From NCBI GenBank assembly GCA_965644295.1, contig CBFFRP010000348.1, positions 124,001 to 188,000 of the forward strand: a stretch of DNA of 64,000 nt, in the 5' to 3' direction. The position numbers and the translations under genes are program-made. Of the stretch, positions 1-11,841 are shown in pieces. Position 1 is the first letter of the stretch. Every line of letters begins with the position of its first letter. The DNA comes from Paraphysomonas bandaiensis (lineage: Eukaryota; Protista; Chrysophyceae). The notes beneath the pieces are model-generated. The model worked only from the letters and a program-made list of their open reading frames with translations, was not told the DNA's origin and did no database searches.

Positions 1-3000
1 TGAACTAACTATACTGGACTCAACACTATGTACATCACAATCGCTAGCATCGACTTCATCAATGATATTGGCCTCATCACTGGCGTCATCAGCATCTGAC
101 TCAGAAACATTCCTACTGCGCCTGCTCGAAGATGGTGAAGATCTAGATACCTTTGATGACTTCTTACTGCTTCTACTACCATGATCACGGTGATGACGAC
201 GTCTTCTCTTGCCATCACCCATCGACAAATTAGATACTAAGCGCTTCCACATTCCCTTCCCATCTCTACGTCGAACACCGTGCTTCTTCGTTGGCTTAAC
301 ATCACTGACTGAACTAACTATACTGGACTCAACACTATGTACATCAGAATCGCTAGCATCGACTTCATCAATGATATTGGCCTCATCACTGGCGCCATCA
401 GCATCTGACTCAGAAACATTCCTACTGCGCCTGCTCGAAGATGGTGAAGATCTAGATACCTTTGATGACTTCTTACTGCTTCTACTACCATGATCACGGC
501 GATGACGACGTCTTCTCTTGCCATCACCCATCGACAAATTAGATACTAAGCGCTTCCACATTCCCTTCCCATCTCTACGTCGAACACCGTGCTTCTTCGT
601 TGGCTTAACATCACTGCTGAGACTAACTATACTGGACTCAACACTATGCACATCAGAATCGCTAGCATCGACTTCATCAATGATATTGGCCTCATCACTG
701 GCGTCATCAGCATCTGACTCAGAAACATTCCTACTGCGCCTGCTCGAAGATGGTGAAGATCTAGATACCTTTGATGACTTCTTACTGCTTCTACTACCAT
801 GATCACGGTGATGACGACGTCTTCTCTTGCCATCATCCATCGACAAATTAGATACTAAGCGCTTCCACATTCCCTTCCCATCTCTACGTCGAACACCGTG
901 CTTCTTCGTTGGCTTAACATCACTGACTGAACTAACTATACTGGACTCAACACTATGTACATCACAATCGCTAGCATCGACTTCATCAATGATATTGGCC
1001 TCATCACTGGCGTCATCAGCATCTGACTCAGAAACATTCCTACTGCGCCTGCTCGAAGATGGTGAAGATCTAGATACCTTTGATGACTTCTTACTGCTTC
1101 TACTACCATGATCACGGTGATGACGACGTCTTCTCTTGCCATCACCCATCGACAGATTAGATACTAAGCGCTTCCACATTCCCTTCCCATCTCTACGTCG
1201 AACACCGTGCTTCTTCGTTGGCTTAACATCACTGACTGAACTAACTATACTGGACTCAACACTATGTACATCAGAATCGCTAGCATCGACTTCATCAATG
1301 ATATTGGCCTCATCACTGGCGTCATCAGCATCTGACTCAGAAACATTCCTACTGCGCCTGCTCGAAGATGGTGAAGATCTAGATACCTTTGATGACTTCT
1401 TACTGCTTCTACTACCATGATCACGGTGATGACGACGTCTTCTCTTGCCATCACCCATCGACAAATTAGATACTAAGCGCTTCCACATTCCCTTCCCATC
1501 TCTACGTCGAACACCGTGCTTCTTCGTTGGCTTAACATCACTGACTGAACTAACTATACTGGACTCAACACTATGCACATCAGAATCGCTAGCATCGACT
1601 TCAATGATATTGGCCTCATCACTGGCGTCATCAGCATCTGACTCAGAAACATTCCTACTGCGCCTGCTCGAAGATGGTGAAGATCTAGATACCTTTGATG
1701 ACTTCTTACTGCTTCTACTACCATGATCACGGTGATGACGACGTCTTCTCTTGCCATCATCCATCGACAAATTAGATACTAAGCGCTTCCACATTCCCTT
1801 CCCATCTCTACGTCGAACACCGTGCTTCTTCGTTGGCTTAACATCACTGACTGAACTAACTATACTGGACTCAACACTATGTACATCACAATCGCTAGCA
1901 TCGACTTCATCAATGATATTGGCCTCATCACTGGCGTCATCAGCATCTGACTCAGAAACATTCCTACTGCGCCTGCTCGAAGATGGTGAAGATCTAGATA
2001 CCTTTGATGACTTCTTACTGCTTCTACTACCATGATCACGGTGATGACGACGTCTTCTCTTGCCATCATCCATCGACAAATTAGATACTAAGCGCTTCCA
2101 CATTCCCTTCCCATCTCTACGTCGAACACCGTGCTTCTTCGTTGGCTTAACATCACTGACTGAACTAACTATACTGGACTCAACACTATGCACATCAGAA
2201 TCGCTAGCATCGACTTCATCAATGATATTGGCCTCATCACTGGCGTCATCAGCATCTGACTCAGAAACATTCCTACTGCGCCTGCTCGAAGATGGTGAAG
2301 ATCTAGATACCTTTGATGACTTCTTACTGCTTCTACTACCATGATCACGGCGATGACGACGTCTTCTCTTGCCATCATCCATCGACAAATTAGATACTAA
2401 GCGCTTCCACATTCCCTTCCCATCTCTACGTCGAACACCGTGCTTCTTCGTTGGCTTAACATCACTGACTGAACTAACTATACTGGACTCAACACTATGC
2501 ACATCAGAATCGCTAGCATCGACTTCATCAATGATATTGGCCTCATCACTGGCGTCATCAGCATCTGACTCAGAAACATTCCTACTGCGCCTGCTCGAAG
2601 ATGGTGAAGATCTAGATACCTTTGATGACTTCTTACTGCTTCTACTACCATGATCACGGTGATGACGACGTCTTCTCTTGCCATCATCCATCGACAAATT
2701 AGATACTAAGCGCTTCCACATTCCCTTCCCATCTCTACGTCGAACACCGTGCTTCTTCGTTGGCTTAACATCACTGACTGAACTAACTATACTGGACTCA
2801 ACACTATGTACATCACAATCGCTAGCATCGACTTCATCAATGATATTGGCCTCATCACTGGCGTCATCAGCATCTGACTCAGAAACATTCCTACTGCGCC
2901 TGCTCGAAGATGGTGAAGATCTAGATACCTTTGATGACTTCTTACTGCTTCTACTACCATGATCACGGTGATGACGACGTCTTCTCTTGCCATCATCCAT

Positions 3001-3406
3001 CGACAAATTAGATACTAAGCGCTTCCACATTCCCTTCCCATCTCTACGTCGAACACCGTGCTTCTTCGTTGGCTTAACATCACTGACTGAACTAACTATA
3101 CTGGACTCAACACTATGTACATCACAATCGCTAGCATCGACTTCATCAATGATATTGGCCTCATCACTGGCGTCATCAGCATCTGACTCAGAAACATTCC
3201 TACTGCGCCTGCTCGAAGATGGTGAAGATCTAGATACCTTTGATGACTTCTTACTGCTTCTACTACCATGATCTCGGTGATGACGACGTCTTCTCTTGCC
3301 ATCATCCATCGACAGATTAGATACTAAACGCTTCCACATTCCCTTCCCGTCTCTACGTCGAACACCGTGCTTCTTCGTTGGCTTAACATCACTGACTGAA
3401 CTAACT
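1..3406. repeat. 309-bp tandem repeat, ~11 near-identical copies (coding)
   Basis: ORF-track hits recur every 309 bp (one unit is 306 bp). Units differ only by a few SNPs. Confidence 0.97.
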
Positions 3407-3825
3407 AAACTGTCATCAGAATCGCTAGCACCGACTTCATCATTTATATTGTAGGTTTCATGACTTCTTGTATCAGTTTCTAGTTCTTCGATTGAGAGCT
3501 TGTTATGTTTTCCTCTGAATGATGTGTTTGGAGATGTGTTTTCTACCACCGTCCACACTTTTTTGCGTGTGTTTCGTGAATGTATTGGCGACAAAGAGGC
3601 AAACGAGTAGTATTTTGGTGTCAGTAAATGTGAATCTGCTCTTGATGATATGTCCTCGCAATGTACTGGACTTATTGCTGCCATTCTATTCCTCGCTTTC
3701 ATTGATTGGCATCGCACAACTATTTCTCCATAATATTTGGCTCGCGCTGACTCGACATCATCTTCTATTCGACGTATATCTGACCGCTGCAATGACTTGA
3801 TGACATAGTTATCTTTAGAAGCCAT
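1..3825 (-). CDS. Large repetitive, low-complexity protein (>1275 aa, 3' end beyond window start) with ~11 tandem 103-aa Ser/Arg/Asp-rich repeats
   Basis: Manual translation: ATG at 3825 (context acaATGg, upstream in-frame TAG at 3832-3834) gives MASKDNYVIKSLQRSDIRRIEDD..., then the repeat KPTKKHGVRRRDGKGMWKRLVSNLSMDDGKRRRRHHRDHGSRSSKKSSKVSRSSPSSSRRSRNVSESDADDASDEANIIDEVDASDSDVHSVESSIVSSVSDV. No stop seen down to position 1. The unit length (309) and a 3-bp deletion near 1600 both preserve frame. Confidence 0.8.
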   Translation of the reverse strand, partial: MASKDNYVIKSLQRSDIRRIEDDVESARAKYYGEIVVRCQSMKARNRMAAISPVHCEDISSRADSHLLTPKYYSFASLSPIHSRNTRKKVWTVVENTSPNTSFRGKHNKLSIEELETDTRSHETYNINDEVGASDSDDSLVSSVSDVKPTKKHGVRRRDGKGMWKRLVSNLSMDDGKRRRRHHRDHGSRSSKKSSKVSRSSPSSSRRSRNVSESDADDASDEANIIDEVDASDCDVHSVESSIVSSVSDVKPTKKHGVRRRDGKGMWKRLVSNLSMDDGKRRRRHHRDHGSRSSKKSSKVSRSSPSSSRRSRNVSESDADDASDEANIIDEVDASDCDVHSVESSIVSSVSDVKPTKKHGVRRRDGKGMWKRLVSNLSMDDGKRRRRHHRDHGSRSSKKSSKVSRSSPSSSRRSRNVSESDADDASDEANIIDEVDASDSDVHSVESSIVSSVSDVKPTKKHGVRRRDGKGMWKRLVSNLSMDDGKRRRRHRRDHGSRSSKKSSKVSRSSPSSSRRSRNVSESDADDASDEANIIDEVDASDSDVHSVESSIVSSVSDVKPTKKHGVRRRDGKGMWKRLVSNLSMDDGKRRRRHHRDHGSRSSKKSSKVSRSSPSSSRRSRNVSESDADDASDEANIIDEVDASDCDVHSVESSIVSSVSDVKPTKKHGVRRRDGKGMWKRLVSNLSMDDGKRRRRHHRDHGSRSSKKSSKVSRSSPSSSRRSRNVSESDADDASDEANIIEVDASDSDVHSVESSIVSSVSDVKPTKKHGVRRRDGKGMWKRLVSNLSMGDGKRRRRHHRDHGSRSSKKSSKVSRSSPSSSRRSRNVSESDADDASDEANIIDEVDASDSDVHSVESSIVSSVSDVKPTKKHGVRRRDGKGMWKRLVSNLSMGDGKRRRRHHRDHGSRSSKKSSKVSRSSPSSSRRSRNVSESDADDASDEANIIDEVDASDCDVHSVESSIVSSVSDVKPTKKHGVRRRDGKGMWKRLVSNLSMDDGKRRRRHHRDHGSRSSKKSSKVSRSSPSSSRRSRNVSESDADDASDEANIIDEVDASDSDVHSVESSIVSLSSDVKPTKKHGVRRRDGKGMWKRLVSNLSMGDGKRRRRHRRDHGSRSSKKSSKVSRSSPSSSRRSRNVSESDADGASDEANIIDEVDASDSDVHSVESSIVSSVSDVKPTKKHGVRRRDGKGMWKRLVSNLSMGDGKRRRRHHRDHGSRSSKKSSKVSRSSPSSSRRSRNVSESDADDASDEANIIDEVDASDCDVHSVESSIVSS

Positions 3826-4211
3826 TGTATTCTAAAATAGAAGCTTAAACAAGTGGCTTGTAACTCTCGATAAACACGTGCTCATAGAAAATCTATCTGC
3901 ACAATCCCATCACTACACATTGTGTTATTACTGAGCGTATATACATATACACACCTTTCATCGTAGTGTATCATGTATTGGCCATGAAGCTCAGCTCAGC
4001 TCTCTTCCTCTTCATAGACTTTCAATGAAATCGAAGGCTCTCAGTGGTGTTTTTTTGGTATGGATGCCATATTTTGACCGTTTGGATTCGGCTGTATGTG
4101 AAAATACGGTATATACTACACATATTGTGAAAATACGGGAGGCAGTATGTACACTTTTGCTTATATCTATATCTAGATATGGGCACACCTTCATTGGACA
4201 TATCCTCATAT

Positions 4212-4616
4212 ATATGATTAACCCTACGATTCGGGACGTGAATTGTCGAAAACTGTTACTCCACTGCAGCTAAAGTACTTCGATGCAATATAGATATGAT
4301 TAACCCTACGATTCGGGACGTGAATTGTCGAAAACTGTTACTCCACTGCAGCTAAAGTACTTCGATGCAATGTAGATATGATTGACCCTACGATTCGGGA
4401 CGTGAATTGTCGAAAACTGTTACTCCACTGCAGCTAAAGTACTTCGATGCAATATAGATATGATTGACCCTACGATTCGGGACGTGAATTGTCGAAAACT
4501 GTTACTCCACTGCAGCTAAAGTACTTCGATGCAATATAGATATGATTGACCCTACGATTCGGGACGTGAATTGTCGAAAACTGTTACTCCACTGCAGCTA
4601 AAGTACTTCGATGCAA
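4212..4616. repeat. 82-bp tandem repeat, ~5 copies
   Basis: ATATGATT(A/G)ACCCTACGATTCGGGACGTGAATTGTCGAAAACTGTTACTCCACTGCAGCTAAAGTACTTCGATGCAATATAG starts at 4212, 4294, 4376, 4458 and 4540. Confidence 0.95.
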
Positions 4617-4648
4617 GACTAATTGATTCCGCACATACTTTGGAGTAT

Positions 4649-4973
4649 GAAAGGGGGTAATGTTATATGGAGCAGTACTGCTATATTCGTCATCAAGCTG
4701 CTGGTGATGTGGATTAATAACATCACAACTGCTCTATCATAAAATCTAATTATGTGCTTCTAAAAACGTTGGTCCTCTTTGTATTTTATATATGTGTATA
4801 ATAGCCCCAGCACAATGTGAAACTATAGATCGTCTACTACACAATTTCCTTGTATGCATACGAGGTGACTTATCAATGTTGAAATTTGTCTAATTAGCTA
4901 TTATCTAATCACTACGATGTAGTTAAACATATAGTTATTTCTATGCTAATCATTCATTCACTTCTTACTAACA
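4649..4973 (+). mobile_element. Possible polypurine tract plus 3' LTR remnant of an LTR retrotransposon
   Basis: GAAAGGGGGTAA (4649-4660) is immediately followed by TGTTA (4661), and TAACA ends at 4973, giving 313 bp with inverted termini. No second LTR or TSD found. Confidence 0.3.
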
Positions 4974-5066
4974 TCAGTCACATAGGAAATGAATATCATT
5001 TAGTATAATATCATATCCATTTTGCTAACGTTGCATTAAAATTGGATTCTAAATGACATATTGCAG

Positions 5067-6344
5067 CTAATAATTTATCATTGAGGCAATGATATTGGAC
5101 TCTATACCAACGCTAAAGCCCCTTGACCTGTCATTGCACTTTGGTTGCAGCGTTTCGTACACACCTGAGGGGTCACAAACAAGTCTCCATGCCATGGAAT
5201 CTTGGTCCAGATGCTTCAGAAGCCGAAGAGCAATAGCTTGTCTCGCAAGCACATTAGAGTGATCATGTTTAATGTATGCTTTAGCATTTTGAATTACCCT
5301 GGGCGCAGGGCCATCTGTAGATGGTAAAATCATAGGTGCAGTCGGCCGCATAATGGTGTGTACAAGAAAACCGTTACACAGCATGACACTGTCTTCTGTA
5401 AGCTCTGGTTGCACCAAACTATTCAATGCACAATCAGTAGACGCCCACTTTTTGAGAGCGTATCGTATGCCTGCAAGTGGTTCGGTCAGGGAATTCCAAG
5501 GAACAGTATAAACAGATGATCTTTGAAGGCATCTCCTGATAGCATCGAGAAACACTATGTGTGATGAGCGATAGAGACCAGTCATACCATGTTCTGCAGC
5601 AAGGACACCGGGGGTCTCACAGTAAAACAGTATTGCACACTGATGTGCAAGAAGTGACAGCATCGCAAGATCAGTTTCGCTGTAGGGAGATATCTCGGAA
5701 ACGAGTGGTGATAGGGTGGGCGGAATTCCACTCGTGAATATCCCACCAGGGCCACTGTCTACGTGGCCGCCGTCTGAGATTGGCTCCGGTGATGAAAGAC
5801 CCTTCGCCGGCCAGTTGACTATATGCCATGCTTGATCATCTCCATGAAGTATGATACTTTTACTGTATGTTAGATGATGTTGCGAAAATCCTAAAGCCCA
5901 AAGGGGATTAATTAACAATTTGAGTTTCCAATGGGTTTGACTGCCAAATGACGCATTGTCCATTCGTGGAGAGAAAAAGCAGCATAGTACTGCCTGTACT
6001 TCATAATTTTCACTGTATAGTCGTGGTAATCCCGCGATACTACCAATGTAGTTGTCGCTGTATGCTCTACCATCATCAGTGGATGGCCAGGACTGTACAT
6101 CGTTAATATCAATGTCACGATTGTGGTTTTCTGACCAAAACGAAAGTAATATCTTGGATAGCTTATTTTTCCACACATACTCCTTGCGAGATGCCTTGAC
6201 ACCTTTGACTATAACATAACCGTCTCTAGCAAATGAGTCAACCAAAGTCAATAGTCTACGAATTTCTAAATGACGCCAAGCCCTATAGATACTGAACAGC
6301 GACCCGACTAACCCGAGTGTCCAATATACCGCTTTGCGTCCCAT
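5067..6344 (-). CDS. PhyH-like Fe(II)/2-oxoglutarate dioxygenase with N-terminal membrane anchor
   Basis: 425-aa intronless ORF with an N-terminal hydrophobic helix, FARDGYVIVKGV (PhyH N-terminal motif), HVD (HxD) and a distal His in FLVHT. Confidence 0.6.
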   Translation of the reverse strand: MGRKAVYWTLGLVGSLFSIYRAWRHLEIRRLLTLVDSFARDGYVIVKGVKASRKEYVWKNKLSKILLSFWSENHNRDIDINDVQSWPSTDDGRAYSDNYIGSIAGLPRLYSENYEVQAVLCCFFSPRMDNASFGSQTHWKLKLLINPLWALGFSQHHLTYSKSIILHGDDQAWHIVNWPAKGLSSPEPISDGGHVDSGPGGIFTSGIPPTLSPLVSEISPYSETDLAMLSLLAHQCAILFYCETPGVLAAEHGMTGLYRSSHIVFLDAIRRCLQRSSVYTVPWNSLTEPLAGIRYALKKWASTDCALNSLVQPELTEDSVMLCNGFLVHTIMRPTAPMILPSTDGPAPRVIQNAKAYIKHDHSNVLARQAIALRLLKHLDQDSMAWRLVCDPSGVYETLQPKCNDRSRGFSVGIESNIIASMINY

Positions 6345-7439
6345 TAAACACTAGAAGTTTTTCATTCAATGGTTTTTAATTTTCGTCTTGGAATTGTGGT
6401 GTTGGAAAGCAAGATGATCATGTTGAGTTGTTGTGATGCCTCGGCCTCATTCCACTCCAAGATTTTCTTCAGTATTGGGATTCACAAAAATAGAAAATGA
6501 CCAAAATTGTATTAAAAAAATGTAAATATTGATAGTTTCTAGCTACTATTTCTCTAAATTATACCCTTTTTCTACCTCACAAGTAAAGTAATGTTACACT
6601 ATATTCTCCTGTATAGGCTCTGATGCCAAGTCAATCCAATCACACTGTCATCATAGTTGACGAAACGCCACGATGTATACGATTGTGATCGAGCAGTCCA
6701 CAAGATGAAGAGAAACAGAGCGTTTGTTCGAACTATGACCATGGAGTACGATATACCATATCAGCACTGCAGAGTGATGGCGGCAGAGAGTAGCGGACAA
6801 GCAAGACCAGACCTGTACACAAACTAATTCTGTTAATGGGCTCAATAACTTGTACTTGCTAATCTATGTATGACTGTTACTGGGAAGACAATAGGCGTTC
6901 GAAGCCTATGTATTTGACATACAGCAGTTCTCTTGTGTTGAGAACTCTCGATGAGATCATTGCGCTTATCAGCACGTACGACCTCAAAAACAAATAAAAC
7001 GATGACTCCAGGTATACCTGTGCCTAGTACCACAACTCCTCCAACACTTCTCAACTCATTGCATGACTATCTCATATTCGTTGCTATGAAGGAAGACCGG
7101 CTAGTATGATTTATATTCTCTGAATACGTTATATATTTGGCAATATATGCTGGGTGTACTCGTCTATGGTACCCATCACATGTTAGCTGGAACACTAGGC
7201 TGCAGCTACTTTGTTCGTGGTATTTAGCATTGCTTGGTGTATGGAAGCGAGTAATTACTTGATATTCATAGTAGAATAGCTACAGTGGAATAAATAGGCA
7301 GATGATGTAGTAAAGTGAGATTGAAAGATTTGCTGTGCTCACGGTTGTATATATCAAATTGATTGTAAATACATGAAGACCTAATACGACTTCTTTTAAA
7401 ATGCAGATCGAAATATAATCTATCAGTAAATACAAAGTA

Positions 7440-7600
7440 AATATTTATGGTTCTAAAGTAAAATGTCAGTATAATTGGTGTAGCGTATAGGTTTAAACGT
7501 TGGCTGAAATTCAAATGTGTCGTGAATTTCTCAGTTCTACTGAAGCCATATTCCAATGATATATCTAACGTAGAAGCGGGTACCGACAGAACGGTTAGAT
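7440..7600 (-). pseudogene. Possible PIF/Harbinger (DDE_Tnp_4) transposase relic
   Basis: SLEYGFSRTEKFTTHLNFSQRLNLYATPI matches, in spacing, the recalled Harbinger C-terminal motif SVEWGF-x9-LDF-x3-LKLY-x2-PI. Flanks are degenerate. Confidence 0.3.
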
Positions 7601-7873
7601 ATTGATCATGCGATTAATAGAAATGGTACGATGGAGATATTGTTCATATGGAGGAATAATATCCAGAATTCTATACTATTCAATATGCAGAGGCTATATT
7701 CTATATTTCTATATTCCATGACCCTCAACAAAGTCGGACTCTCGCCTTGTCGTAGTGTTCTGGGGGATAAGTACCGGATACTTCTCCGGGAAAATAACGT
7801 GAGCCGATATAGAGACAGCAGATATTGTTCTGCTCACTTATAGACTATTTTTATGTGCTTGTGTGGTATAAGA

Positions 7874-8273
7874 GACACATATAAGTGTCACTTGTGTAGA
7901 CGTCTTTGGGCCTTGACGAATACACAGGAGCCCAGGAGTGGGCCCACCTCATGAGCATCCGGGGTATTGGGCTGCCTGCTGAAGTCAAGCATCCGGTCTG
8001 TTCAGCTTAAGGACTCAAAAATCCTGAAGTCAGCAGATGTCAGACATATCAACATTCTGCTGGCTTATTGCGTTTGCTTCGCGCTTTGCGTGATAGAGCG
8101 AAAGTAGTTGCATCTTGGTACTTGCGGTCAGGACTTGGTAACCATTAATGCCATTATAATTGCCGGGACATTTTAAATTAATTCATTATAATTGCCTGGA
8201 ACCGGACTACCATTAATGGTTACCAGGCCCTGCTTGCGGTGACACACAAGTAGTAGGACATCAGAGTTAAGCA
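7874..8273. repeat. Dispersed repeat copy 1 (TE-derived, family unknown), interrupted by a MITE
   Basis: Colinear similarity with 28728-28967: ATATAAGTGTC.CTTGTGTAGACGTCTTTGGGCC..GACGAATA, CTTAAGGACTCAAA.ATCCTGAAGTCAGCA, GTGATAGAGCGAAAGT, ATCAGAGTTAAGCA. Confidence 0.85.
8129..8232. mobile_element. hAT-type MITE (104 bp) with 22-bp TIRs and 8-bp TSD
   Basis: TIRs are CAGGACTTGGTAACCATTAATG and CATTAATGGTTACCAGGCCCTG (20/22 match). TSD CTTGCGGT at 8121-8128 and 8233-8240. The paralogous repeat near 28910 has the empty site. Confidence 0.85.
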
Positions 8274-8688
8274 TTAACTCTTACACGCCGATTGTTAATA
8301 TAGTAAGTCATTCACTACTATTCTATGAATGACCCAACGACTCACGTTGTTTTGCTTTGAAGTAGAAAGTAGAATATACAGACAACAGACAAAATATGCA
8401 GACATAAAAAACTTGTTCAGGGGGAATATTTATGGTTACATTGCATTGAGAAGTTCGTTGCAAATGAGATTGCGTTCACAACAATTATTGAGAATTGGTA
8501 AGTAACAATTTTTGTAGTCTAAAAACTTAACTTTCTCAAGAATGAACTGCGACTGAAATTCAATGAAAATTGATGCCAATGCTAAAACATGTTACACGTG
8601 GAAGCTACTTTTGTAAAATACAAACCAGGAGGTCGCCTGAAGAGACAATAAACAATCCACCATATATGATATACAATAGTACACTACA

Positions 8689-11600
8689 CTAAGTGCGCAC
8701 ATCACCCAGAGCTATTCCAAAGCACCTTATTAGCTCATCGCAGCAAATACTTTTGTTTAAAACAACGGGCTTCGCCAATTTTCCAGATTTATCAATGCAA
8801 GGGTCACTGTTGGCCCCAGGCGAAAACAAGATTTCGCAGCGATATTTCTCTGGGTCACTCAAATTTTTTGAGCGCACATCAAACAGTCTAATTGATATTT
8901 GCGTAAGGTATGAGAGCTCACTGGTTGTATCCAGTATGCGTTGTCCTTTAGCACTGAACACTTTGCAACTTCCACATGCAGGGTGTCCAAGTACGTTGAG
9001 AAGAGTGTACAGATGACTCTCTGACGTGAAATACAATCTGGTACGAACACAACGACCTAAGGTTCGAATAGCCAAATCTTCACCATGGCTGTGATCAAGA
9101 TGATATTGCATATCCATCCGAGTCCCTGATTTGGCAACATTCAAATCATACTGGATCTTATGAAGCAAAGCGCTGCACATTTTAATCCCAATATTACGCT
9201 TGTCTGTTGCGTCTATCCCGTATTCAAGAGGAACAACACAGTCTGCAAACAATTTGGACTTCTTGAAAAGTTCATCAAGATAGTCAATGTTGAGGTGGAA
9301 ATTATGCAGAACATCATACCGAGCCATGTCGTGTAGTTCAGGAACCTTAGATAGGTCGTACACACCCTTTTCCTTCTCATTAAAAAAGTCTCTATTCAAG
9401 GTTTCCCAGCGATACAGCATCAGCTCGTAAGTTTCATCCATATATAGCACCGGAAGTTCTTCTCCGTCATTCAGACGGGAGCACATGGCCTGAATATCAT
9501 CGCAAAGTCGCGACACCAAGCAGTGCATTTCTGCTAACAGCTTTCGTGGATTTCCAAGCCGAAGTAGAGTCTCCTTCATGAAAGAATTGCACTCTGGAGC
9601 GATACCGTCTAGCATGTCCGGAGTGAACTCTGTATCCATTTGTAGCACCCGATTTAATCTCGCTTTGCAGCGATCAACATCATTCTTAATTTCTATATTA
9701 TCATAGTGGTCCAACATCTGGTTATTCTCCTGAACTGTCACTAAGCTGACAAGTACGGGTGTGAGGTCTCCTTCCAGCTCAAGCAGTCCCTTGGTGAATG
9801 CGGCAGCAGTCTTCATGACCCGACCTTCATCTGACGCTTTTATTTTTAGATCATGCCTAAATGTAGAGTGAAGCCGAAGAACCCCACCACCTGTACATTG
9901 CCAGAACATATCATGATTATTGTGCACACTGCATTGTGGGAACACATACCACTGGGGTCGGGGTACATGCTGGTGCGAAAGGTCTCTCCTAGATCCTCCG
10001 CCTGCTTCTCGCCTAGACCCGTTAACACCCCACCCCACTTAAGAATAATAAGAAGGTGAGTAGCGCGTGTAATTCGTCGCACTGTCCCATCATCCCCCAC
10101 CTCACATACCTCAGACCACCTCTCGGGCTTGATCTGCAGTTTGCGATTGACACCAGTAATCTCGTGCTGCTCCAGGACATCTCGAACTCGTTGCAACTTC
10201 ACGAACATTGCAGCATTGTTACCGTACCACTTACTCTGCCCCTCCGAAAGAATGGTTTTCGTCACCTCCAGAAATTCGAGCAATGCCCTTCTGGATTTCA
10301 ACTTTAAGTTTTTCGTTGGAGATTTCGATTGCTCATGGAAATAATCCAGATATCTGGGATCCACAACTTTGAGTTTCATTTTCTGTTTGGGCGTTCGGTC
10401 ACCATGTCGAATAACGGATATTACACAAAGCAACTCCTCTTCATCTTCCACCTGAGCGTTGGGTGTGTTAGACCCAGAAGATTCACCCCTAGACGCGGGA
10501 GAGGGAGGCCGAGCAAGCTCACCAGTAGACTGATAGTTCTTAAGCTGTCGTTGCACATGCTTTGCAAGTGTCAAAGGCTGCACAGTGGAAAGTGTAGAGT
10601 GACACTCCGGTCGTAAGGCAAGTAGCATCGTCTCTGCAAGTATGCGGGCGCAGTCATCATAGTATTTCCTATTCTTCTTAACAAAGCTCCACCCATTGAC
10701 ATCGCACACGTATGACTTGCCTCCCTGGATTCTGCAGCACAATGTCAATAAAGTACATGACCATCACAAGTAATATAACCTTAGCAAGTCGAACCCACAA
10801 ACAGTTTGTTTGAAAGCCAACGTAATTTTCCGAGTAATCTCCTTCTCCGCTGGTGAGAGAATGACAGGGTAGCGCACCTCCAATCCATTTGCGTCCCTAT
10901 GAACCTTCCCGTCCACAACTGGGCTCTTTCTCGCTTCTGCGTGACCATAGTTGTCCCCTACCGTGTACACTTTAACGTCTGTGCCCTGTGTATTCAGGAA
11001 CTCCTCATAAATATATGACCCCGTGCGACGGACATCATTCTCGCTTCGGTAGAATTCGCTACTCCTATTGTTCACCTTTCGGAATAGCCGCTTACTACCG
11101 CCTCCTGCACTCATTGGGTAGTATATATATATCTACTATATATTATCGAAGCAAATCGAATAGAAATAATACGCTCACATTATGGTCGTCTGCATCGACA
11201 GGTTTCTCGACGAGAGGCTTTCGTATATGCACACCATTAACAACAATGTGGTCATCGTGCTCCTCTAATTCACAGGGCTTGCTCGGGTCATCACGCTCCA
11301 GATACACATGACGGGGAACATCAATGCCATGTTTTGTTAACAACTGAGGAGCAATTTGAGGATGATCATAGCATACGACTGTACACAAAACCTACCTCAT
11401 ACACACGACGTCTATCTTGGAGGTCAATTTGCATTTTGAGATCATTGATTAAATAAGGTTGCCTCAGGGAAACATACTCTATGGCTTTCATAAGGGGGTA
11501 CCCCCCAGAATAGAATGCAATTAGACATTCTACAATCTACAACAACATCGATATATTACATATAGTTAATATCGAAGAAGTGTGAGACGCACCGGCCACT

Positions 11601-11841
11601 CTTCTATTGGCTTCTCAAGAATACACTCGTCACCAAATGTAACCACTTCGAATATCTCTGTTGGTAGACGAGCAATAATTTCTCTCATTGGCTTTGATCT
11701 CGCTTTCTGTAATGAATGAGTGTGTATATATTAAATGAGGTTGATCCAACAGCAGCTGTTACTGACCTTGTCCATGGCGCATATGCCGACAGATATGCGG
11801 GGGAGGCTGCCAGAGGCACAGCGAGTATAGGCAGCTTTCAT
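8689..11841 (-). CDS. VIP1: Inositol hexakisphosphate and diphosphoinositol-pentakisphosphate kinase (PPIP5K/VIP1), multi-exon
   Basis: Exons encode [59 protein letters not shown], the histidine-phosphatase motif [17 protein letters not shown] and [12 protein letters not shown], separated by GT-AG introns. Start codon inferred at 11841. Confidence 0.93.

Noticed and set aside
9-3305. Repeating 69-aa (-) and 94-aa (+) ORFs
   Set aside because: Shadow frames of the 309-bp repeat; the uninterrupted third minus frame explains the region better.
6593-6608. GTTACACTATATTCTC shared with ~50415, possible CACTA terminus
   Set aside because: No matching inverted end or TSD found.
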